A DNA stretch of 64,000 bases from Octopus sinensis (taxonomy: Eukaryota), in the NCBI RefSeq assembly GCF_006345805.1, contig NC_042999.1:86304001-86368000 (forward strand). The letters run 5' to 3'. The notes under the pieces are model-generated. The model made no database searches, was not told the DNA's origin, and was given only the letters and a program-made list of their open reading frames with translations. Positions 36,451 through 50,429 of the stretch are shown here, in pieces. Both the position numbers and the translations under genes were made by a program. Position 1 is the first letter of the stretch. Each line of letters begins with the position of its first letter.

Positions 36451-36670
36451 GGCGGCGAGCGGGCAGCACGCCGAGTGATGCATAGCGGCAAAGTCAACTT
36501 CGGTGGAATTTGAACTCAGAACGTAAAAATCGTTCTGAGTTCAAATTCCGCCAAGGTCAACTTTGCCTTCCAGGATCTATGAAATAAGTTCCACTTGAAA
36601 ACTGGGGTCGATGTAATCGACCAGCCCCTCCCCTGAAATTGTTCGCTTGGTGCCAAAATTTAAATCCAAT
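36451..36670 (+). mobile_element. tRNA SINE with internal inverted duplication (hairpin 36487-36567)
   Basis: GGCAAAGTCAACTTCGGTGGAATTTGAACTCAGAACG / CGTTCTGAGTTCAAATTCCGCCAAGGTCAACTTTGCC with a 7-nt loop. Confidence 0.8.
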
Positions 36671-37329
36671 ATTTGCTTATTTGCGAACCTTAGAATTTAC
36701 ATTTCTGATAGTCATCCAGTATAAACCAATGTTTGCTACAGTTAGACGATTTTCTGCTGTTTTTCTTCAGATTGAACTGCAAACCTGATGACCGTCTTTG
36801 ATAATCTAAGTGGTTAGTAATATCGAAAACATTTCAAAACACATAACCAGTAAGAATAGGGATAAAATGTTTCACTCTACTTTTCAGCTTATAGATTATG
36901 GGTCCTCATCTAGTCGCCATAGTCACAAAGTTTGGGTTGTACTCTTCGGACTCTTCACGTGCCTGTTATATTCTGATAATATGGGACCGAATTCTTGTCA
37001 AATCTGCTGGATTAGATTGTTCTCATCCTGTCATCCATATCAGGGATATCCTCATTGGTTATTCTATTATTCGTGATACAGTTTGTTCATTATACTCGAA
37101 CCAGGATATATATGTATAACCTGGCTGATCCTAGGACTAAACTTACACCCTCTAGCTAAACTACTCTATATAGCACTAAATACAAACTAACTCACTTCCC
37201 CATTGTCCTGGAGAAAAACTAGGTAGTGGACATTAAGAGCCTTAAACCTAATTTCTTTATTATTGTAAGTTAAATTTTCTTTTTAATTAAAGGAATATCA
37301 TAAAGTCGTGATCCCCGAACAGAAAATCA

Positions 37330-38335
37330 TTTTTAGAAGGAATAGGAAAGCCACCAACCCTTGTGGAGCCAGGTCATGATCATAGATAGTGAACAGGAAG
37401 GATATGGTGACTGAAAGAAGTAGTGCATATCATGGACTTTGATAACCTCTTCGCTGGGTCTAAAATAGAGATAAACATCAAATGAGAAAAAATCATTAAA
37501 AAAAATTTGGGGAACGAAGCTATAACAAAACTGACACCTGGTTAAAAGACTGTGAAACACTAACAGATATATTTCTCAAACCGTGAATAATAACAATAAT
37601 CATCATCACAAAAGAAATACAAACCAAACAGGTGAAAGCTAAAGAATGTACAGAAATAATCAATTAAAAAACAAAAGGGTAGAAAAGAGGGTCATAGAGC
37701 TGTATACACAGCTGCTAATAAACAAAACAATATTATAAGACTACAGGCAGAAACAAAAGTTGTATTCTGCCCGACTAAACTATGAAAAAACGTATGTCAG
37801 TGTATGCCAGCTTTCGTAGAATCTTGTGTTAATGAAGACGATTTAGGGTTTTTGAAAATTAGCTCGCTTAAATGGAAAACAAATATGTTCCTTAATTAAT
37901 GTAGGCATCTGATAATCTAATACAGTCCATATAAAAACGGGAGTACTCAAAGGAAATTTCGCTTTCAACACTGTTTTTGATCTATTAAAATTAGCCCTAA
38001 ACAACAGAGGAGCTGGTTACAGTGTTTGAAGAACCATGAATATTCATTTGCTCTGTATGGATGGCATCAAGTTGTATTACCAAAGTATAAAACTTTACAG
38101 CTATGACATTAGTGTGGAATTTTGAGCTGAAAAAAATACCCCGTGACCACTTCCGAAAAACGGGTAAGTTGAGTAAGTCACTAAACACTAATGATGAAAT
38201 CACTCAGATGTAAAAGGAATTAGGAATAGATGTATAACTTGGAAATACTTCGCAGTAGGCTGCAGGGAAATTTTCTATAAGTAAAGTTCAGAAAATGACG
38301 CTTGTAGGAAATGCCCATATTATGCATAAAATACA
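37330..38335 (+). mobile_element. Degenerate R4/Dong-like non-LTR element, internally deleted
   Basis: QLLINKTIL..LNYEKTYVSV, GVLKGN, NIHLLCMDGIKLY..SYDISVEF, and terminal VQKMTLVGNAHIMHKI. These parallel R4/Dong RT and C-terminal motifs (DQLLINK, IDYKKAFDSV, HLLYMDDLKLY, QKxxLLGTAxIL). Confidence 0.6.
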
Positions 38336-41203
38336 GCAAAAAATAAGTAAGTTTATTATTAGATTTATTTGATATGAAGGCTGTAGAAAAGTTCTGGTAG
38401 ATTGGAGTAGGTGCATCCTCAAGATAATAATTAGATGTGTTTATATGTGTGTAAGGACGTATATGTTACTGATCCTGTACAAACTTCCGGTATTTTATGA
38501 ACCACAGTCTCTGAATATATCAAAATATATTTAGTCTAAATATTATAGCTACTTCAATAATCACACGTACAAATATTCATACTTAAACTGTATAATAATT
38601 CTATAATTAAACGTAGATATGTACACAAATATATTCTCATGAATGAAATAGGCAAACGTCTAATGAAGAGATTTAGCGTCCTTATTATGGGATTAATGAT
38701 ACCATAATACGTACCAGGACACTATTTATTCCTCGACAACCCAACTATATCTCTCTTCAAGGAAAATAATTTCATTAAGTCATTTATATCGAGAAGTAAA
38801 TAGAATCAGTAATGTCAAATATTAGTCATAGTATTTCTTATTATATCTTGATCATTTTTTAGAGTTACAGGGGTTTATCATAGCTAAGAAAAAATATTGA
38901 TTCTTTTATAAGAAAATACTATTCATGTATGTTCTATGAAACAATGCGTCTCGGCGGAAGAAGGTGGTTTTGTATTGAGAGTAAACTGTATTGCTCTACT
39001 TCACGAGAGGGCATTTAGTTCAAAATATGTTTTACCAGAAATTTAACAATGACTGCTCTTTTGGTTGCTATTATTGTTTTTGTTTTTCATATTTGTATAC
39101 TAGTCTATGCAATAAAACTGTTACGTGTACAATGTATTGTATTGAATATTTGGGTGTATAATGATCAGTAAGTACTTGCACAGTATATACCAATTCATTA
39201 TATATGGGAAGAGAGAGAAGGAGAGAGATAGAAAAAAATAAGGATGTTTGATAAGAGATTGAAATTACTGCAAAACTAGGTATTGAGAAATTTAGTACAA
39301 GAATTTTTTAAAAAATTATTAATCTAACAAAAACCCCACACTAGAAATTAAATAAAAATCTACATTGCCTTTCTATTTCCTTTGTATTGTATTGTGTAGG
39401 AATGGCAAGTTTTTATCTTCACTAGAGTCTGAAACTTCATACACCCATTTTCTACTGAATTTCATTCAGTGTTCTTCGTCATACAAATATGATGTTTTAT
39501 AATCTACCTATTTGCCGCTGGCGAATAAAAGTATATTTGGACCACTTGAAACCTAACTAAAACGAGGTCAAATTTAATCAGTTTATCCAGAGGACTATCA
39601 AAAAATAATAGTAATTAGTAGAAAGAAAGCCGAAAATTTGTCAGAAAAGTTCGAATAAGATATGTAGAAAACATTTTTTTACTTTAGGAATATAAAATTC
39701 CTTGAATTGTAACCTTGTCACCTTTCATCGGTCTTAAAAAGTTATTAATAAAGCGAAGTTGGTAAGAAATAGAGTATAAACGATACGAATGGTTTTACAT
39801 AAAATTATTTTACAAGAAATTTGATTGGCTGCTTATCTGTTTTTCTACGGGTGAAATTTACTGGAATTATCAAAATAAAGAGCGATTTTGTCGGTTGTTA
39901 TCCGAGAAGTCTGTAATAGTTTGTATCTTTTATTCTCTCAATCAATTTAAATGTCAAACCTCAGTTTTGAAATGTAATCTGAATTATTGATACGTTCAGA
40001 TGCATTCGATCACTGACCCTCTCTAACATTTACATTTCAGAATGGCATTTAATCAATTGCCTTTTATAGCCGACATTTTTCTGTTTGATATGTTTATACC
40101 TATTTTCTTGATACTCTATTTAGTTCTATGCTATTTCGAACGATTTTATGAAACTATATTAAAATGCAGTCATTTTTTTCACACGTAGATATGCATTTAA
40201 GGACTTTGCTTCGCAGCTACATCGAATTCGATTACTCTACGTGGAATCTTGAGAAAGTATCTTCTACCTTAGTCTTAGGTTGATGAATACGTTTGCAATG
40301 AAAACTGTATTGATACTGTTGGCGGAACTCACTTTTTTTAAAAATCTAGGATATTTGAATAATTTCAATTTCTTGTTTGTTCTACTTTCGAAATTTAAAA
40401 CAGAAACTCATCTCTTCTAGTAGGATTAGTCGATAAGGTCCAAAACATGGCTTTTAGACGTTTGTTTTTCAAAATGCAACATTTGTTAGTTTTTAAATAA
40501 CGTCTTTCGGTCTTAAATACAAAATGGCAAACAAAGAATTGGTTATTAACGTAAATATTTCGGCCATTTGCTATTATTTTGTCCGATGACATTTTCATCA
40601 CCAAAATTGTGAATTTTTTAAAACTTTTATTTCTATTCAACCGCCTTACTGCCCCAACTCACTATGTGGCTTTATTTTTGTCAAACTGGAAACTACATCC
40701 AATGCAATGCCAGGTTGCTTATTTGTAGACTTATAAATCGTGTTGCTAGAGAAGAGAAACCTGCAATCACGTTTACTAATACCTGCAATACCAAAGAAAC
40801 CATAGTCACAGAACGAACCAAGCTGCAAGTGCTTCGAGTTCTAAAGAATTTAACGTAATTATGGAGAAGGTACAATATAATGATATAATCAGTGATATAT
40901 GTCTGGTCATCCAAAGCTGAAAACTAGCAAAAGTGCATATGCTTTCCTATAGTTAGATAGAATTACTATATTCCATTATATTCTCTGTTTGAATTAAGTT
41001 GTAGACTAGCAGACTCAAATGCATTTGAATACTGAATTAAATGGTGTTATGGCGAAGGAAAATAACATTGGTGGTGATCACAACAATCGGAATACTAAGC
41101 GAAGTAGATACAAAGTAATGGATTTATCGAAGAAATGACAATGGGTTTCAAGGACTGCTCATATTTAATGATGATTTTTTTTTTATTGTTTCCGTATCTT
41201 TAG

Positions 41204-41376
41204 ATATGTTCTTGACTCTGTGTTTTGATGGTTACTTTTTCCAATCGTCATCAGGTGACACTCCTTGTCATGAAGACAGAGGAATACTGATTGAAATATT
41301 CAACAACATATCTAAAGTTACAAAAGAGTCCGAAAAACACATCATCATAAACTCCTCCATGATAAAAAGAAGATAT
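41204..41376 (+). other. Candidate coding exon of unknown gene
   Basis: T-rich acceptor ending CTTTAG and donor GTAAGT; one open frame (MFLTLCFDGY...IKRRY). No recognisable homology. Confidence 0.25.
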
Positions 41377-44300
41377 GTAAGTTTTGTCTGAAATGATGTT
41401 CCGGTTTTCATTGCTAAGTTATAAATTAGTCCGAGGCTATCATAGAAAGCGTTTTCCTAAGATGACAAAGAGGAATCGAACTCGAAGCATATGGTTGCGA
41501 AGAGAATTTCTTAAGTGCACTTTTATGCCATTCTTCTTTAGGGAAGAAAAGAAAACAAAAAAGAAGAAAGTCTGAGCTGATGAAAAATATTTGTATTGAG
41601 TACATTCATTATATCATCAGCAAATGAAAACTATTGACTTGAATTTAACGCAATTCTGGGAAACTACCGGGAATAAACTAACGGGAATAAACTAACGGGA
41701 ATAAAGAAAAAGAAATGCTTGAAGAAATGATGTTATTATTGTGTTCAAAGAGAGAGGGGGGGGATAGGTGCAGACAGTAAGGAAAATTTTGAAATATGAA
41801 TGAGCGGATAAGGGAACGCGTGGGTGAGGGTATGTGAGTTCGAGTGTGTGGGTGAATGAATGAATCTATGAGTGTGTTAGATAGGCAGAAGAATGGAATA
41901 GAGCAATGTCACATTTTCCTGTTTAAGACATTTTTTAATCTCTAATTGGTCTTAAGAGCGTGACATTTTAGTATTTTATTTTGTTTTATATTTTAGCTGA
42001 ATCTGCTATTTTTTCGTTTATCTCTTACGAAGTTTAGCTATACAACAATCAGTATGTATTCTAGCAAAATCGTTTAAATTCGCCTAACACGCTCCCCGCA
42101 CTCTTAAATCAACATTTATTTTGTAGTGCATTTGTCATTTAGACACACGAATACTTGAATTGGGAGAATGATGTTTGTTTATCAAAAGTAAAAAATGTTT
42201 ATATAATAGTGTGTCAATTAGCGTTTTTTTTATGTCTTAGTCTACTTGATTTGCGGGCAATTTACAACAAATAAGTGTTAAGTATCTCATGTTAAATTGA
42301 AATGCCAAATTCGTATCAGTGTCATTTATTTTTAAAGATTCTCTGTTAGCAAATATATATTTAGTTATTATTCATTTACTTGGCAAATTTACATCCATTT
42401 ATTATATTAAATGAAAATGAAGAAATTTAACACAAAATCTATTGTAATTATATAAAATGTTTCATTTGCAATGTAATACCTAGAATGTAAAGCATAAATT
42501 AAAATGCTTCAGTTTTATAGGAGTGGGAAAATAGTCTATTTTGACACCCATTTCCAAAACATCAAGAATAAAACATATCCACAAAAGAGCCGAAACATTA
42601 GCATCTTTGGTCGATATGAACTTAGGAGCACAACGGCGCCTGTCGTATAAAAAAATTAATTTGGTTTGTTAACTGCGTGATTATGAAGTTCGCTTTGCAC
42701 TGTATGGGATTCCCACTGCATAGCACACTAGACAACTGTATTCTACAACAGTGGAGTTTGTAAGACAGAAACTTCTAAGAAGGTTGATTACATACATATG
42801 TATATACATGTGTATGTGTTTGTGTGTCTGTCTATGTTTATAAGCGTATGTTACAAATAAAACTTCGCTAGAAGGTGGCGTTATACGCATTTACATGAGG
42901 AACACTACAATATTTCAGTTAATGACCTGCACAACATTTTCAACACAACATCATTCTAAAATCCAAGCTCGAAAACAATTTTCTGAAAGCAGAATCTGTA
43001 AATCGACCATCTTTTTTCCCACCACCACCACCACCACCACCACCACTAACAACAGCAACAGCAACAACAAGAACACATCAGATACAAACAAATATCGCTC
43101 ACAACAAATATAAACACCACACACACACTGAAGACAGACACATTAGGAATTATATCGATGCCATTCACTGCACATATGCATCACATTCTGTGAGAGTAAG
43201 AATAAAGTTACTATATGCACAATATATTTGATCCACCATGTATTATACCAACCTTGCTTAGGTTTGTAGCTTCTCCACTACAAACTACAAAAACATACAA
43301 AACAGTTCAATATGTAAAATCACAGGTTGTACTGACCACGCTCACAGACTACTTGCATAATGAAAGGAAAAAATATTCAACAGGAAATATCAACTGGATG
43401 AGCAGTTGGTATTTGATTCAGTAACAGAGTGTTACTGAAACAATCTCCATCCTTCAAAATCCATTCACTAGTGTGCAAGAACTCCCAGCCACCTTGGTAA
43501 AATTACGATATCCTAAAACATTACAATAAAACTATTCTAAAAATCCTCCACGGAAACCATTAAACATAAGATTTGCAACAGCATCATTAATTGTGTTAGG
43601 TTGTATAATAGCAGCGATGCGTACAAAGAAGCAACATTGTCTCGTTGTGACCAAGTCTACCTTGCTCGCTCTGCTTTGGCGATCACTAGTACCTACCATC
43701 ATACACATGAGCATATGCAGGCGTATCTATGTGGTCGTTCGACCTCCAAGAAATTAGTCAAATCTCCCTCAAATTATACCTTACTGTCTTAAATAAAGCC
43801 ACTTTGGACAATATAGTTCTACACAACCCTAAAAAGACACGGTGATCAGGGCTAAACAAACGCAAAAGAAGTGTCATACAATGGAGACGTTTGAAGAAAA
43901 GAGAATATTTGCACATGTAATTTTATGAACCATTCTAGTCCGGATTTAGCCCGTCAGCTATTTGCGACACTAGCGAGTAGTTAATTACTGTTTTTCTATA
44001 TCAGTAGAAGCAAAATGTGTCTAAACATACCGCTGATAATGGATACTTGCTACCGATGACGCACAAAGACGCAGAAATCCGGACGGTTTTCGCATGCTAC
44101 TGATATACTTCTGTTTTTTTTTTTAGATCTCTACGTCTCCATGGGGTGCTTTTTGGAGACGAACAGCAGTGTTGAGGCTTTCTACAGTATATGCACATTA
44201 ACATATACAGAATGCTATTCTGAACTAATACTGCTTCCTTTGCTAATAATGGGACAGTGGTTGTAGGAGAACCAACATGTTCAGCTAGACTAGTAGATGT

Positions 44301-44809
44301 TGGAATACAGGGTATAGGTTTCCTCTAAGTGTAGGTACAGTATATCTGAAACAATAGATTTAGGGTGACATCTAGTCATCCTGCCAACTAACTAAATACT
44401 GTATGTCTTTTCTACTGAGCTAATATGCGTCTAGAAAACAATATCAATTATTAAAAATTTGTGTCTTTTGAGGACGATTTGAAAGGTACCACAGAGAAGC
44501 CTTCTACAGATATTTTTGACCGGAAAATAGCTAACACTGAAATAATAGTTCAAGATGAGTGAAAAATGTGTGTATGTGAGTGTGTGTATGCACACATATA
44601 CACATACACATGTTCACATATGCACACGTACATAAAATCGAGTCTCAATAAAGCGTGCGCCCACTCAGACTCAGAAACAAACACATATTCTATGATTTTG
44701 TGAACTTGTGTACTGCCCGTTCCTTTAATTAGATAGACTTAATAGGCGGACCCATGACTGTCTGCGCTGATCACTGGCTCTTGAACTACTTAGGCCTTGG
44801 AGATGAGGT

Positions 44810-45389
44810 ATAACACTAATGCGTGAACTGAGTTTCGTTTCAGTGTCATACATATACGGCTACTCTTTATTCCCATTCTGGTAGATAGGAAAAGTGTCTT
44901 CCTTGGCTTCAAGTGCTCCCAGCCGATCCGAACAGAGCAGACAGCGATATTAATCTCCTTCAAATCGTGTGCCAACTGCTGAGGTGTCCACTTTACACAC
45001 ACTTTCCAATATTCGAAATGCACTGTGACCATAGTTCAGGTCTGCAATAAGCTTACGGTTAGTGACCTGTCTGTCGTCGCGAATAATTTCGCCCATTTGC
45101 TAGTGGTTCGTGTCGGTGGTCATAGTTGATGCTCTCCCACTGCATGATTTGATAGCATTGTGATTTAGTGAACTTGTGTACTGTCCATTTCTTTGGAGAG
45201 GTTTGATGAACGGACCCATGACTGTCTGCGCTGATCACTGACTCTTGAATTTCTTAGACCTTAGACATTGTTCTTAACATTGGTGTCGTCTTCATAAACA
45301 ACCAATAATCTTTTGTGGATATCGGACAGCCTGCACTCCTCCTTTGTTAGCGACTTAATGACGACAGCATACTTCAGCTCGGAATCCAT
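44810..45389 (-). mobile_element. Mariner-family transposase relic (N-terminal HTH region)
   Basis: MDSELKYAVVIKSLTKE..DIHKRL, SKKFKS, SGRAST..GEIIRDDRQVT, KVCVKWTPQQL (WVPHEL-equivalent). Confidence 0.7.
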
Positions 45390-47055
45390 TATTTACTTGA
45401 AAGTAAGAAGAGCAGGAAGAAGAGTTAACACGGAGGAAGAGTTATTCTATTAACATGTGCCATTTTAATGACGTTTATCAGTTAATGAAAAAAGTTATGC
45501 CTACTTGTGCATTCCTTTCGGGATATATCTCGTGAACATGTACACACACATGCATAGATTTACACACATATATTCACACACATACATATATACATACGCA
45601 CACAAACACAAACGTACAAAATCACACATGTGCATACTTACAAAGACACACACAAATATTTGTGTATGTGTGTATAAGTAATTATGTAAGTATATAACAG
45701 TACATACTTCAAAACTAGAAGACATTCTAAGCAGATAGGAAATTCTTAAAATACTGAAATATCTTTCGTAAGTACTAGATTATTTTTCATCACGATAGTT
45801 ATTTTCTGTACATTAAGTATAATGGTATCAAAATTATTAGAAACTAAATACTTAATAGGGTCCTAACATATTTTGCTACCGCTTGGTAACATTCTTCATT
45901 ATTCATACTCACTTAAACGACTGGTATGTTGACCTAACAAACATTCGCCTACTAAATTTAGAAACGTTGTTCCTTTGAAAGTTCAAAAGTCAAACACCAG
46001 CGCAAAAGACTACTAAATGCTTGATGGAAATGGTTTCACTTCACAGTTGTGTGATGTTTTCTAGTATATCACCTACCTGAAATATCAAAATACTGTTCAA
46101 GCACACAACTAAGAATTGTCAGTAAATATACAACCTTGGATGTTTTCATTTTTGCATCTCTTATAATCAATGTTTAAAAAGTCAGAAGAGCAAGTAGTTA
46201 GGTAGGAAGAAATTTTCTTTTTATTAATTCCTTTACCTCATAACAAATATTCCATTCATTTTATAACACCATTATATGAATCAGATGCTATATAGAAATA
46301 AAATGGTGTACCTTTTAATGTATGATTTAAATTACCGTATACCTTAGCCAAATACATAAATATGTGTAAATAGGTGGACAGCATTTAGTCTGATTTTACA
46401 TGTTAAGAAATTTGATAGATACTAGAATAATAACATTTTCAATATATTTTCCAAACTATTTTCATATCAAATATTGACTATTCTTAGTTTTTTTGTCATG
46501 TTTATGATAAGGACTACGTTTGCTGAAATCAGATACTGTAAGTGTAAAGATTTTTTTTCTTTTCATTTCTAACATTCATACAAGTTCAAATATGTCTTTT
46601 TAAAACTCTAATTGATTCAAAGCTCCATGAATACTATAATATTCAGTAGCGTAGCGTGGGGGTGTACGGGCTGTGTGGATCGCACAGGGTGGCCACTTTA
46701 TAGACACAAATGTATGTAGCGTTTAAGGAAGGGAGCGGCCAATTTGGCTGTCTCACAGGGGCGGCCAAAACCGACTATACGGTATTGCTCTTTAATAGTT
46801 TAGATTTACTGAATAGGAACAATTGAAAGCGATATGAAGTTCTAGTTTTATAATCAAAAGTTGACAACCGAGGGAAGGTAAGGAGAGAAATGACTTCTTA
46901 ATTATTTAAAACCCTCATAGCGTTAAAACTTAATAGACATTTATTTTTTCAATATTTTTGAAAATGTTTGAATGGATGGAGTGAAAAAGCCTTATGGTAG
47001 TTTTTAGTAGACACGAGGTATATTTTTGAGGCTGACTGAATTGGTTTTACTTAAA

Positions 47056-47460
47056 TTACTCTTTTACTCGTTTCGGTCTACAAATTGTGGCCAGGCTGGA
47101 ACACCAGAATTCTTATTGCTAATCTTAACTCGTCGGTTCCTTTTTGAAATATAATAGAGTTTGACGTTGCTGCTCCCATTCGCGTTTCTTGCCAGGAAGT
47201 CGGTTCATCTGGAATCTCAGATAATAAGATATCCAAATATCTCTCGAAAATCCACATCCATACCACGTAAATCTCCTAAGCTTTTTGTCAGAATCTTGAA
47301 CCGTTGGGAGCTTTTGAAACCTAAACCATTGAAGTATATGATTCTAACTCTAGATGTCAAAGCAAGGACCTTTGGCATCATCCGGTGGTGTCTTTTCGGG
47401 AATTTTTCTAGCTTTCGGTGCTAAAGTTTAGGGGCGAGCCCTTCGAATATCTTTAAGGCG
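47056..47460 (-). mobile_element. CR1/L2-like LINE 3' end whose tail matches the CORE-SINE tail
   Basis: LDILLSEIPDEPTSWQETRMGAATSNS; tail GGTGTTCCAGCCTGGCCACAATTTGTAGACCGAAACGAGTAAAAGAGTAA. Confidence 0.75.
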
Positions 47461-48375
47461 TATATTACTGTATATCGTTCGCTTCAAGGAGAAGAGTTTT
47501 AATTAGTTCTGTCTCTCTCACCCGGTGATCTGTTGCAATCTGTTTGGTGTAGTAGTGTTGGATTGTTTCCTATGCAGTTAGCTTCACATTATCTGGTAAC
47601 CATAATTGAGAGCACAAATCTTTAAGAGTTTGGTTACATAAAAATTAAAATTGCTCACCATGAAATTCGATCCTCTGCACCTAGGACAAAATTGCTGCAA
47701 GGCAATTAATCAAGCTCTCTACTTTTTTGCTTACTCATCGCATTATTTAAGGAATGCATTCATTACATTTATTTATCCATTTCATAAGTTTTTACATTGA
47801 CTCTATAATTCGTTTTATATGTCAAAATTCACTTTGTAATTGTAAACAGGAAAAAAGAATTACAACACGGCATGAATAAATATTTTTTTTTATTGCCGTA
47901 GATGGGGCATGAATATAATTCTAAATAGTATGTCTGCCAAGATACTGAATGTGTTAAGCTGGAAATAAAACTGGTCCTCCAGAATGTGTGAATTTATGAA
48001 ACTATTGAGAAGAATTAGAAATGATCATTGCGTTGAGTTGTTGAACTCTGACATTGTCACTGATAGTTCACGTCGATTGTGAGTATTTTATCAAAAGTAA
48101 ACGAACGCCTGTGTACTGACTATATGCCTAAGCCAATCCCCTATTTAGAATAAAACCAGAATAACCTGTGCAAAATTAACTTACTGTCAACTCGATGTAT
48201 GTCAGCTAACATTGCACAGTTTCTTTAAAGAGCAACAAGAGAATCTAATAATGAAAGGATATGAATGTTCAAATCTAACTCCAATTAAATCTACTGCTTC
48301 AAATTTTCATTCCCTTACTCCATAACTTATTCACCGTTTTTTTCTAATTCCCTTAGCCCATGCTGTTACTGTCGT

Positions 48376-48409
<34 letters not shown>

Positions 48410-50396
48410 GACAAACGGAAAAACAGAGTGCTCACGTTCAATTCCTTGTTAAACAATTCTCTTTCTTGGCACATCGGACCAGATATTTCCGGTCGTAGTC
48501 GACGGTTTCTGACTTGTGTAAAAACACACTACCAAGAACACAAGTCAGCTGGTGACAATTCCAAAGTCTTTTAGGATTATGGTTATATCACTCAATAAAC
48601 TTTAAATTAATATATTAGTAGTATCTAAGTAATCATCGGCCTTCTAAGGATGCAAATATACAACATATATGAATTCTCAAGTATTTAATCTAAAGATCTG
48701 TTGTTTCTACTAACTGTTCACCAAACATTGTGTAGACAATATCGAATTTTGTATCTTAATATAATACTTTCTCTTCCTTCTCTCTCTCTCTTTCTTGCCA
48801 TTCACATTCAATTCTTTCTCTCTCTCATGCACACATACAAAAAGCATACACATACACAGCACATTTGTAGACATGATCAAATAAGTATACAGAGATATTG
48901 CCATATGCATAGTCATCATGTACATGGTGTCGTTGTAAAATTAAGGACCGTGGTTTAACCACGAAGTTTTCAGTAAGTTAGAACAGGGATCGAAGTGGCA
49001 GGTTTCGCCTTTTTTTAACACGCATTGCAGATAGCTTATCTCTACTTTTCAAACTTTTGATTGAAGTAGTTTACAACTAGCAAAAATTTAAATAAAATTA
49101 TGACAATACTCATATATCTATACAAAATTGATGGATTGGTATTTACAACTAGAATACAAGTGTTGTGTGCTTTATGGTTAAATGTTTATACTGAGTCATG
49201 TCTGTAACTTTAAACATAAACAGAAATGTTACTGAAATATGTATATGTGTGCGGGCACATGCGAATGATATCTGTCTGCATAATGGCCCTATTTCCATTA
49301 ATAAAACTTCAAGCATTTCCTTCGGTGTGAGTATGGGAGGATCCAGTCAGCGGAGAGAGTGAACTCATCGATTTGTACTTATTTTATCATCTTAAGACTT
49401 ATTTCAATTACACACAAGACAACTTAGTTGTCACCGCAGACCTTTAGTTTCTCTTACATTCTCTGTTCCTCAAACATATCGAATTCTTAAAATACATTCA
49501 TCTGCACTCAAATTGCGCTAAGAACATAAAAATCTTTAAGGATTCTCCTCGGTAATATAAAAATTCACTATCTAAAAGCAACTTTAAGGCCAAGACAGTA
49601 CACATTGACAAGGTAACATATATATAACTCAAAACAAGAATAGGCAAAGACAGATTGTTAATATAGCAAATCTTACAACGTAACAGTCGCCCCCTAAATC
49701 ACTTCACATACCTTGAAAATCATTTCCCTCACAATTTAGATATCAAATTTTTTTTAAAAATCACTATTAAAATTTCCAACTCACCTTTTCGGAACTTTGC
49801 TCAGAAACGATAACATCTCGAAACAACCACCGAACATACATGTCTAACAAACATTGCAATTGTTCCAAACATGACTCGTGCGCCGTAGACTCACAATACT
49901 TAAGAGGTTAACTATCAGTTCACTGTGTAGATAAACAACACCTCGAAAGTCTGCACTGGAATGGTATTGAACTCATTTTATCTTTGATACAACTCGCATA
50001 TCAACAGGCACTCTAACAAATCCAAATAGACTTACTAACTACATACAACTGAGAGCTATCTCCATCTTTTAACTTGAACTGAAAAATACTGGACCCCCCC
50101 CCCAAAAAAAAAAAAACCAACAACAACAAGCAAACAAACAAAATCACTCTTGCTTAAGAAGAAACCATGCAACATCTGTAGCATAGAAAACCTAGAAATT
50201 TCTATTAAAAAAATCTTCCTCAGATCAAACGCTCAAACGCTTTCATCAAGCATGCACAGAAGTTTTAAAAAGTATTCACACTTCAGACCAACTGGCTACA
50301 CTAAGCAGTAATGTCTACCTATCCATTAATATGGACAAGTTTTGATTTAACATCAATTTCCCCATATTCTCTCCTATCTATTTATGTTAACTTATC

Positions 50397-50429
<33 letters not shown>

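Noticed and set aside
40586-40670. ~90-bp similarity to 55473-55575
   Set aside because: Probably fragments of an ordinary dispersed repeat; no termini or coding signal to classify.
46644-46787. Possible hAT MITE starting CAGTAGCGTAGC
   Set aside because: Right TIR is degenerate and no TSD was found.
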